Of a stretch of 64,000 bases of DNA, positions 32,812 through 41,057 are shown in pieces (within the stretch, counting starts at the first letter, position 1; each line of letters starts with the position of its first letter). A program made the position numbers and the translations under genes. Below the pieces are notes generated by a model. It saw only the letters and a program-made list of their open reading frames with translations, made no database searches and had not been told where the DNA came from. This DNA is from an uncultured Chlamydiae bacterium (lineage in GTDB: Bacteria; Chlamydiota; Chlamydiia; Chlamydiales; JAJFMB01), in assembly GCA_963696295.1 (NCBI GenBank), contig CAVOJR010000001.1, positions 2,932,462 through 2,996,461 of the forward strand, in the 5' to 3' direction.

Positions 32812-34580
32812 ACAGGCCCGGGCGAGGCGTGATTGACTTTTTCCCCCGTGTCGTTAATCACGTGCTCGATACCTCCCTTCCCGCTGAGCCATCTGGTCAA
32901 TGAATGGGTGAAATGGATCTCTTCGGAAGCAGGGGTTTTGATAGCGCTTTTGACCCTCACAGGATGGTCCCTGAAAAAGCAATAGGCCGCCAGACCAAAG
33001 GCTTTATGATTTTTGACATGCTCCGCGACGCGGTAGGCGGCATAGCCGGGCTCCCCATAATTTTGCTCTGTGACATCGCAGGGAAATTCCGATTGGAAAA
33101 AATAGCATTTCCCCTCGTTGCCGTTCCATCGAACTTGATCCTGCAAGGTGTGCTCTACGGCTAAGCCATAGGCGGTGATGCCTTTGCCGTTGGCAATAAA
33201 GCCCGTTTGGCAAGGATTATCCCCGTTGATCACCACCCCTCCCACATCGTGATCCGCTCTCCACAGCCAAAGATTGTCGCATACGATGTTGGAGCTGTTG
33301 ATTTCCACCATCGCATCAGCGGTGACAGGATCAATCCGGGAGCTAGTCGCCCCTCCCACTCTCGCAAAACAATCGCATAAGAGGCCAAAACTGCATTTTT
33401 CCCCTTTCGCACCCCATTTTAAGAGCGCTTCTGTCCCCTTTCGGCCCGCTTGGAGCAGGATGCCCGCGATTCTCACCTGGTCGGCACACATGACTTCGAT
33501 GCAAGGTGCGCCTTGAGCCGCCACTAAAGTGGGGAATCCTAAGCCCAGAATGCAGATGCCGCTTCTATTCACCACGATGCTTCCATTAAGCTCGTAAATC
33601 CCGGGAGTGAGCACAATATGAAATCCCCTGTCGATCATCAGGGAGATGGAATTGGCGGTATCTTTGTCCGGCGAGGCAACGTAGACGCATTCAAAGCCGA
33701 TGACTTTCGTGCCGGGGATCTCCCTCGTTGAGGCCCCTTTTTTGCCATATTCGATACCGGGCAGCACAAGAGAATATTTGCCGGTATGCTCATGATAAAT
33801 AATATAGGGCTTCTCGGCGATGATAGGTGTTTTATTGACGGTAGTATAGGGGTCGGGAGCGCCGCAATGGGACTTCGGAGCGCCTGAGCATCCGACGAAC
33901 ACCATATTCCAGACTGCCCCTTCCCAGTTGCCCATGTTAGTATTTCTCGTCAGCCACTGTTGTTGCGAGCCTGAAAAGATGCTCCCTGAAATTGTCGCAT
34001 CGGCTAAAAAGCCCCCGTTTGCATAACCTGCGGCCCCATTTGCCACTTCATAGAGGGACAAATTGCCGTTGGCTCCGGCCAGATTGACCCGTCTTAAGGG
34101 GCAAGCTTGCGACACGGCCCACAACATGCAAACCGGTCCGCCTTCCCAATAGGATTTGGTGGGTTTCATCGTAAAATTTTCCGCCGATCGCCAAAAGGTA
34201 TTCAGAGCCCCCGTAGCCGGGCAGCAGCTTCCTTGATGGCAGACCACTTCAAAGATTTGTGTTTCTTTAGGAGAGCGGCCAAGGCCGTATACGGAAGTGT
34301 AATACCCCACCGGCACGGTTAAATGGGGATATCTTCCCGGTTTAAACAGCAAAGCATAGCGATTGGGACTGAATTGCCCATTGTCCGGCTGTCCTCCATT
34401 AATCCTGTAAATGTCGTCTATGACCTTTTGAGCCTTTTGATCGCTCGGGTCGAAGATAAAGACGCCCCCTGTTTCCACGCTGGCGGGAGGCCATTTGGGG
34501 GGATTGGGCTGCACTTTCGCCACGAGAGGCATGCAGGAGAGGCATAAGAGGGTAATCAACGCTTTCATATTGCTCATCAT
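32790..34580 (-). CDS. Secreted protein of about 595 aa; possibly a right-handed beta-helix (pectin-lyase-fold) glycosidase-like protein
   Basis: Signal peptide MKALITLLCLSCMPLVA. It is Gly/Asn-rich with periodic short beta-like segments and has FWRSAENF early in the mature part. I could not place the family with confidence. The start is uncertain (TTG 34604, ATG 34580/34577/34568). Confidence 0.45.
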   Translation of the reverse strand: MMSNMKALITLLCLSCMPLVAKVQPNPPKWPPASVETGGVFIFDPSDQKAQKVIDDIYRINGGQPDNGQFSPNRYALLFKPGRYPHLTVPVGYYTSVYGLGRSPKETQIFEVVCHQGSCCPATGALNTFWRSAENFTMKPTKSYWEGGPVCMLWAVSQACPLRRVNLAGANGNLSLYEVANGAAGYANGGFLADATISGSIFSGSQQQWLTRNTNMGNWEGAVWNMVFVGCSGAPKSHCGAPDPYTTVNKTPIIAEKPYIIYHEHTGKYSLVLPGIEYGKKGASTREIPGTKVIGFECVYVASPDKDTANSISLMIDRGFHIVLTPGIYELNGSIVVNRSGICILGLGFPTLVAAQGAPCIEVMCADQVRIAGILLQAGRKGTEALLKWGAKGEKCSFGLLCDCFARVGGATSSRIDPVTADAMVEINSSNIVCDNLWLWRADHDVGGVVINGDNPCQTGFIANGKGITAYGLAVEHTLQDQVRWNGNEGKCYFFQSEFPCDVTEQNYGEPGYAAYRVAEHVKNHKAFGLAAYCFFRDHPVRVKSAIKTPASEEIHFTHSLTRWLSGKGGIEHVINDTGEKVNHASPGPVYICDFK

Positions 34581-34733
34581 ATCAGGCAATTTTTTACTTT
34601 CCAATCAGAAAAAGATTAACGTGAGTTCTCTTTTCTGCCTGCTGGTGTAGTCGCGACTTTTAGATCTGGAATAATTAGTATTGATATTTTTTCTTTGGAA
34701 TTGTAAAAAAGAGATTTTCTATTTGGAGGGAAA

Positions 34734-35861
34734 ATGAAACGTGTAATCATCGCTGCTTTGATAGCGGCCTTTACTTTGGAAGCTCAAGATTTTTGCTGCT
34801 GTCCAGAGGAGTACCAACCTGTAACTCTTTTTGCCGACTTTTTGTGGTGGAAAGCCGAGGTAGAATCTACTGAAGTGGCGTATTATCTCACAGGCACTCT
34901 TGCTGCCGATGGTGAGACGCGGCTGACTCGCTCTTCGACATTACAACCGACAAGCAAATGGGAGCCGGGGTTTAGGTTGGGAATAGGCTATAAACCCAAT
35001 CCTTGCGATGCGCTGGATCTCTCCTTAGTATGGACTTATTTGAACACTCAATCTCACCCCCTTTGCAAAAATGCCTCTGCTAATTTCTACAACTTGGCAT
35101 CCCCGCATGTAGACATCCTATTTCCTCTTTCTTTAGATATTTTGGGACCAGGAGCCACCCGCGTAGATGCTAAATGGAGATTGAAAACGAACCTTTTAGA
35201 TCTAGAAATAGGAGATAATTTTTTCTCCGGCTGCAATTTCACGCTGAAACCCCATGCAGGGATTCGCGGGGCTTGGTTCAAGTTTTGCTTTGACCAAGAA
35301 TTTACAGGAGCCTGGAATTTCTTTCAGCAAGGGAGTTTTATACCAGTTCTCGATACTCGTGATACGCTTTATATCAGCCAATTCACCTATAAAGGCGTAG
35401 GCCTGAAATTTGGAGTGGATGCCAATTGGTTATTTTGGAGCGATCTTTCTCTGCTTGCCAAAGTATCCGGCTCTGTCCTTTATGGTGAATATGATATGAA
35501 AGAGTTTTACCAAGGCTTTCAGGCAGATCCCCTTGAAGATCTTTTACCCGATCTTCTTCCTTACCAAGCCTTAGTCTTTAATGATGTGTGGAGAGTGCGT
35601 TCCAATTTGGAAGGATTCCTTGGCCTTCAATGGAAAACAGCACGCGTCAACGAATGGCAGCTGGCTGTTTCGCTTGGCTATGAAATTTCTCAATGGTTCT
35701 TTTTAAATAGCCTCCCCTACCCGATTGATAATTCACAAATCTATAATTCATTCAACGGCACAACTGAGCGTTTAGCCGTAAATTTCAGCTTTTTTGATAG
35801 ACCTTCTAACGCCAACATCAATTATCAAGGATTGACCCTGAGAGGGTCCCTTGATTTTTAA
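34734..35861 (+). CDS. Outer-membrane beta-barrel protein candidate (porin/MOMP-like) with an N-terminal Cys cluster
   Basis: Signal peptide MKRVIIAALIAAFTLEA, then DFCCCPEEY and FADFLWWKAEVE (a motif seen in Legionella/chlamydia-type major OMPs). There are alternating amphipathic strands and a C-terminal ...LRGSLDF. Confidence 0.6.
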   Translation: MKRVIIAALIAAFTLEAQDFCCCPEEYQPVTLFADFLWWKAEVESTEVAYYLTGTLAADGETRLTRSSTLQPTSKWEPGFRLGIGYKPNPCDALDLSLVWTYLNTQSHPLCKNASANFYNLASPHVDILFPLSLDILGPGATRVDAKWRLKTNLLDLEIGDNFFSGCNFTLKPHAGIRGAWFKFCFDQEFTGAWNFFQQGSFIPVLDTRDTLYISQFTYKGVGLKFGVDANWLFWSDLSLLAKVSGSVLYGEYDMKEFYQGFQADPLEDLLPDLLPYQALVFNDVWRVRSNLEGFLGLQWKTARVNEWQLAVSLGYEISQWFFLNSLPYPIDNSQIYNSFNGTTERLAVNFSFFDRPSNANINYQGLTLRGSLDF

Positions 35862-35879
35862 CGGTGTATAGGGAAACAC

Positions 35880-35903
35880 GGCAGTCACCGCAAGGTGACT
35901 GTC
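35880..35903 (+). terminator. Hairpin with a GCAA tetraloop just after the OMP gene
   Basis: CAGTCACC-gcaa-GGTGACTG. There is no strong T-tract, so terminator function is tentative. Confidence 0.35.
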
Positions 35904-36071
35904 TTGCTCGACCTTGTTGCTTGGCCCCAGTTCTATTATCAGGCAGGAAACATATGATCCTATTGGAATAAAGTCCTCCTCATCTTCAGGATCTCAAAAG
36001 CAGCAGATAAACACAGCGCATTATAAAGGTAGTTGAAGAGTTTGGCTTCAGCCTTGTTTCAGATCCTATCT

Positions 36072-37478
36072 CTACTTCTTTGTCAGAAGGCTAACCAGGT
36101 AAATAGCCGCCAAACTTAAGGTGAAGCCAGGAACCATGGCGGGAATTTCCATGGAAAGGATGTAGGGATTGACAGTGGGCCATAAACCGGCGACTGTGCC
36201 CCCCACCAGAATGCCTGCGATAGCCCCATACTTATTCGCCGTTTTGGAATAGAGCGACATGATGATCAGCGGCCCGAATGAGCAGCCGAGGCCGGACCAG
36301 GCGTAAAAAACAGTGTCCAATATCGTTGCCGAACGGTAAAACGCGATGAGCAGGGAGAACAGGGCCACAATGACGACAGAAGAGCGTGAGACGATGAGGA
36401 GGTTTTGCGCCGAGGCCTTTTTGTGCACGAAATGTTTGTAAAAATCTTCGCTGATGACTGAGGCGCAGACCAAAATCTGGGAGTCCATGGTGGAAATATT
36501 AGCGGCCAATATGCCGCAAAGGATTATCCCTCCGAGGAAAGGGAGGAATTCCGTCTGAACGATTTTGACAAAGATCAGCTCGGGATTCGAGATCACTTGA
36601 GGAAAGAGGCCGATGCCGATGTAGCCGACCGCAATGGCTGCCCCGAGTGCGATTATTTGCCATGACATGCCAACATACTTTGACTTGTACATTTTGGAGG
36701 GGTCTTTGATCCCCATAAATTTCGTCAGGATATGGGGCTGCCCAAAGTAGCCCAATCCCCAGCCGAAACTCAGCAGCAGCTTGAGGAGGAGGTTATCGAA
36801 TAAACGGGTAGAGAGTCCTTTTTCGGCGACCGCTTTTTCGACCGTCGCCAATCCTTCGGGAAGAGAAAAATAGCCCACTAACGGGACTATCATAATCATG
36901 GCCAGCAGGAAAAGCGCTTGAAAGAGATCGACCCAGGCCACGGTGACATACCCCCCAAAAAACATATAGGTGACGGCCACGACGGTGGCGATAGTGAGGC
37001 CAAGATAGTAGTCCAGACCGAAGATGCTCTCGAAGAGGAAGCCCATGGCGATCAAACCGGCTGTCAGGTAGCAGGTCATAAAAATGACGGTCATGACGGC
37101 GGTGACAATCCGTATGGCGCCGCTATGATCTTTGAAGCGATTTTCAAAATAGGTGGGCAAGGTGTAGCTGTTAAATTTTTCTGTTTGAACGCGCAGGCCT
37201 TGCGCTACCAGCTGCCAGTTTAAAAACATGCCGACGACCAGACCGAAGGCGGCCCAGGCGTGGGTCAATCCTCCGAGGTAGATAGCGGCGGGGAAAGCCA
37301 TGAATAGCCAGGCGCTCATATCGCTTGCGTGAGCGGAGAAGGCGGTCAGCCAAAAATTAAGGGAGCGGTTTCCCATGATAAACTCCCCTTCGGAAGTTTG
37401 CCGCTTGTGGAAATACCAACCGATGAAAAGAATGACGGCAAAATAGAGCGCAAAGGAGGAGAGAAGTTGATAATCCAT
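36072..37478 (-). CDS. putP: Sodium:solute symporter family transporter (PutP-like sodium/proline symporter)
   Basis: The N-terminal region IMGNRSLNFWLTAFSAHASDMSAWLFMAFPAAIY parallels the PutP motif [32 protein letters not shown]. It has about 13 hydrophobic segments. Confidence 0.75.
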   Translation of the reverse strand: MDYQLLSSFALYFAVILFIGWYFHKRQTSEGEFIMGNRSLNFWLTAFSAHASDMSAWLFMAFPAAIYLGGLTHAWAAFGLVVGMFLNWQLVAQGLRVQTEKFNSYTLPTYFENRFKDHSGAIRIVTAVMTVIFMTCYLTAGLIAMGFLFESIFGLDYYLGLTIATVVAVTYMFFGGYVTVAWVDLFQALFLLAMIMIVPLVGYFSLPEGLATVEKAVAEKGLSTRLFDNLLLKLLLSFGWGLGYFGQPHILTKFMGIKDPSKMYKSKYVGMSWQIIALGAAIAVGYIGIGLFPQVISNPELIFVKIVQTEFLPFLGGIILCGILAANISTMDSQILVCASVISEDFYKHFVHKKASAQNLLIVSRSSVVIVALFSLLIAFYRSATILDTVFYAWSGLGCSFGPLIIMSLYSKTANKYGAIAGILVGGTVAGLWPTVNPYILSMEIPAMVPGFTLSLAAIYLVSLLTKK

Positions 37479-37860
37479 GGCAATTATATATAGGGGAAAA
37501 GGGTATTGTCTGTCAAGGAGTCAAAAGGGATACTTTTCCCTTAACGGCAGATATTCTTTTGGATTTTCCCGGTTGGCTGGAGGTAAAAATCTTTTAGCCG
37601 CAATCGATTGAATATACCCAAACAATTGGGAATTCATGCAAGGAGGTCCCTTCAAATTTTTGTCCGGAACAAGTGACCATTGCCGATAGGCAAGGCACGA
37701 GTGAGGACGAAAATTTGAAGGTAAAAACCGACGAAGCCCAAAACCAACTCTTCAAGTTGTTTGGGTATATCATCGCCGATAAGAACGAGGAGGAAAAAAA
37801 GATCCAACTCCGGGAGCGGATCCGCATTCCTGCAGTCCATGCGTGGCAATGTGAGCGGGT

Positions 37861-38289
37861 TTAGTTCTTCCTGGGGCGGATCGGCATGGCGAGGCCGTAT
37901 ACATGCAGCAGTCCCACAGCCACGGAGGGGCATTCGGAGATAATCGTCAACAGGTTGGTGCGGGAGATGCTGAGCAAAACCGTTTCGGTCCGGCTGTGGG
38001 CGGTGTAAGCCCTCGGCTCAAGGGAGAAGATCGCTTCGTCGCCGAAAAAGTCGATGGCGTGCAGCGTGGTGAGGACCGTGCCTCCCTGGTCCTGCAGTTC
38101 TACGGTTCCTTTTGCGATAAAATACATGCGCAAGGCCTGGTCGTTTTTGGTGAAAATGGTTTTATTTTCATCAAAATGGGCTTGGCTCAACTTGTCGGCT
38201 ATCGGCAGCAGCTCATCCAGGTCTAAAGATTTGAACAGTTCGGTCCTTTTGAGCAAATAGGCTTTATCAATCAGGGTTAACGGTTTCAT
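37861..38289 (-). CDS. Cyclic nucleotide-binding (cNMP/CAP-effector) domain protein
   Basis: FKSLDLDELLPIADKLSQAHFDENKTIFTKNDQALRMYFIAKGTVEL...FFGDEAIFSLEPRAYTAHSRTETVLLSISRTNL is a canonical cNMP-binding beta-roll pattern. 4-nt overlap with the upstream gene. Confidence 0.85.
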   Translation of the reverse strand: MKPLTLIDKAYLLKRTELFKSLDLDELLPIADKLSQAHFDENKTIFTKNDQALRMYFIAKGTVELQDQGGTVLTTLHAIDFFGDEAIFSLEPRAYTAHSRTETVLLSISRTNLLTIISECPSVAVGLLHVYGLAMPIRPRKN

Positions 38290-41006
38290 GCTTCCAATAA
38301 TTCGATCGCAAAATGGTTAAATAATGTTTCCTTGGCACCCATTTGTCTTTTCAACGTCTCTTCCCACTGAGGTACTTTCAGGCGGTGCATATACGCCGCT
38401 GCAATGACTTGGTCGAGTTCTATCGGAGAATGGGATAGCTTATCGAGCAGCTCAAAGAGCGTACAAACAGGATAACCCAGTTTGTGATATTGATGCAATT
38501 TTTCTTCGGTGGGCAGCTCGTTGATCAGGGGTTCAATCATCCGGAAAATGGCGATTTCGCACGATTTTTCGAGCGTTTCAACCACTTGGGCGCGCAGTTT
38601 CGGGTGTTCGCTGCGGATCAGACGCGCCAGCAGTTCGCAATCCTCAAGCTCACCGGCTACTCCAAGCAATTGAATGATAAAGTTGAGCACGGCGTGGTAG
38701 CTGCTTAAAAGCGATTCTTTGAGCATCTGGAGGTCGTGATCCTCATGGCTTGAGGGGATTTTGTGGAAATGGTAGAAGTAGAAAAAGGCCCGCTCCGTTT
38801 CAGTCGAAATAATTTCTGAAAGATGGCTTTTGAGGTGCGGAAGGGAAAGGCGCCCCAGCGCCCGGCCGGCCAGGACTCTTGCCCGGTTGTCCCGTTTGAT
38901 ATCTTTGGTCATGCTGAGCAGCTTTTCTATCGCCCCGTCCCCCATTTTGCAGAGCAGCTGCTCTGTGTAGCGCCTCTCATTCGGACGGAAGGTGACACTC
39001 GCTTTGACAATTTGTTCCACGGTGGCGATATCGGCAACTTTTTCCAGCACTTTCAAACAGAGCATGCGCAATTGATGGTCGCTTGCGGCTTTCATCTGGG
39101 ATATAATCGCTTTGGTATCGATCGGCAGATGCTGATGGGCGGCGTTGAGTATGGAGGCTGCCGCGCTCCGCGAGATTGTGATAAAGGGGTGCTTCAAATA
39201 CTGCAATAACAGGGACATCTCTTTTGGCGTAGTTTCATAGCCCATGATCGTCAAGGCCATGGCGATCTCATCTTTTTTCTTGGAAGCGAGCATCTTTTCC
39301 ACCAGGGGAAAGTGCTCTTTTTTTAGTGCTATAAGGGCCGCTCCCCGTAAGTTCAGGTCGGGATCATGCAGGTTTTGAAGGGCCGCCCTGCTATCCAGCT
39401 TCCCCTTTTTGGCCAAATAAAGGTGCACCGTGGGTTTTATTTCTACATCTTGTGCCCACTTGAGCAAGTGATCGAGAACGAGCGGGTCGGCGGCATAAGG
39501 GCTCGCGGGCAAAAAATCGATAAATTTGGCTTTGGGGGCCAGATCTTGCTGGTCTAAGAGTTTCAGCATCTGAGCAAGCATTTCCCGGTCCTGAAAGTTT
39601 AAAAGCCCCTCAAGCGCAAATTCCGGCGCCTGATCGCTCCCCAAGCGAAGAATGGCGAGCAGACGGTGTTTGGCTTTCTCTGTGGTGCTGGTAAACCAGT
39701 TTTTTATCGGACGGTCAAAATGGATGGCGTTTTCGGCCAGATTGCTATAGATCGCCTTCAGGTAGCGCCGTCTCAGGGCGATCGCGACGCAGCAGGCGAC
39801 AAGAGACAAAACCAGCCCTAGGCTTTTGCTGTGGATAAAAGGCATGGAGAGCAAAATACCGCTGATCAGAGCGCCGAACGGCTCGAAAAAGGACTCGATA
39901 AACAGGCGGATTTTGTATTTGACCTTGGCAGGGACGCCATTGAGCATGAGATTTAAGTTGCTGTCTTCGATCACGTAGACGGCGCCTTCATCCATAAAGT
40001 TGCCTATGATCGGGAAAATCAGCCAGTCGCTGAAGGTCCAGCCGAAAAAGGTGATCAAAAGGACTACCGGGGAAAAGAGCAGCAGGCTGGTGACCCCGTA
40101 GCGGCGGATGGTCTGGGGATAAAAGACCAAACCGATGAAGATGCTCACCACGCTGATGCCGGCCACTACCTGACCGAAGAATTGGGTCAGCTCGGGGTTG
40201 GAGTTGTCTTCGGTATATTGGGCAAAGTGGTTCTCATAGGAAGACATGTAGTTGAATTCGGTGTTGCTGAGCAACAGATAGGTCAGAAAGCTGCCCGCCA
40301 TTAAAAACATGGTGAAGGGGGAAGATCCAATGGAGCGGAAAAGGGCTAAGAGCGAGTGGTCTTCCTGGGAGGTGAACGATTCGTGCTCCTGTTCGTTATG
40401 GACCGATGGGATGTTTTTGTGGATCATAAGGATCCAAAAGATCGTTATCGCCAGTCCGGCGATGATAAACAGGATCATCTTTGGAAAAGTGATGATGCCG
40501 GTGCGCATGATGATGCCTGTGGTGGCGATGCCGAAAAAAATGGCGGAGGTAAAAAGGCTGTAGCGCCTTTTGGCATCCTGGATGTGATGGTATTGATCGA
40601 CAAAGGTCCAGTAGCAAGTGAGGATGACGGTCAGGGATAAGTAGCCGATAATCCTCAAAGCGAACCAGATATAGGGGGCGTCTAAGGAAAAGCCTGTCCA
40701 GAGGCAAAAGGCGGCAAAAGTGTAAAAGGTGAGAGATACGCTCAGTACGCTGATAAAAATCTTATGTGTATCGATATTTTGAAAGGCGTTCAGGAGGAAA
40801 AGGGCCAGGCCGATGGTGATGCTGCCGGTTAAAATATAGACGGTGGGGAGGGATTCGGCTCCGACGTGGATAATGAAGGCCGCGTCGGCGAATTTGACGG
40901 CAGAGGAGATGGTCAACGCCCATAAAAAAGCTAAAATCGAGAACAGCAGGGCGCTCTTTTCTTCACCGGGATAAATCGAAAAAAGATTTTGAACAAACTT
41001 CTTCAA
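38286..41006 (-). CDS. TLC/NTT-like (ATP:ADP antiporter family/MFS-like) membrane domain fused to C-terminal HEAT-like repeats
   Basis: The N-terminus FSIYPGEEKSALLFSILAFLWALTISSAVKFADAAFIIHVGAESLPTVYILTG resembles the start of nucleotide transporters of the TLC family. It has about 12 hydrophobic segments, then about 450 aa of helical repeats (LHDPDLNLRGAALIAL..., NRARVLAGRALGRL..., HPKLRAQVVETLEK). Confidence 0.6.
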   Translation of the reverse strand: MKKFVQNLFSIYPGEEKSALLFSILAFLWALTISSAVKFADAAFIIHVGAESLPTVYILTGSITIGLALFLLNAFQNIDTHKIFISVLSVSLTFYTFAAFCLWTGFSLDAPYIWFALRIIGYLSLTVILTCYWTFVDQYHHIQDAKRRYSLFTSAIFFGIATTGIIMRTGIITFPKMILFIIAGLAITIFWILMIHKNIPSVHNEQEHESFTSQEDHSLLALFRSIGSSPFTMFLMAGSFLTYLLLSNTEFNYMSSYENHFAQYTEDNSNPELTQFFGQVVAGISVVSIFIGLVFYPQTIRRYGVTSLLLFSPVVLLITFFGWTFSDWLIFPIIGNFMDEGAVYVIEDSNLNLMLNGVPAKVKYKIRLFIESFFEPFGALISGILLSMPFIHSKSLGLVLSLVACCVAIALRRRYLKAIYSNLAENAIHFDRPIKNWFTSTTEKAKHRLLAILRLGSDQAPEFALEGLLNFQDREMLAQMLKLLDQQDLAPKAKFIDFLPASPYAADPLVLDHLLKWAQDVEIKPTVHLYLAKKGKLDSRAALQNLHDPDLNLRGAALIALKKEHFPLVEKMLASKKKDEIAMALTIMGYETTPKEMSLLLQYLKHPFITISRSAAASILNAAHQHLPIDTKAIISQMKAASDHQLRMLCLKVLEKVADIATVEQIVKASVTFRPNERRYTEQLLCKMGDGAIEKLLSMTKDIKRDNRARVLAGRALGRLSLPHLKSHLSEIISTETERAFFYFYHFHKIPSSHEDHDLQMLKESLLSSYHAVLNFIIQLLGVAGELEDCELLARLIRSEHPKLRAQVVETLEKSCEIAIFRMIEPLINELPTEEKLHQYHKLGYPVCTLFELLDKLSHSPIELDQVIAAAYMHRLKVPQWEETLKRQMGAKETLFNHFAIELLEA

Positions 41007-41057
41007 TACTTCTCCAAGTAAAAAAAGTTTTTATGTAAATTATACAGCAATTAAGTT

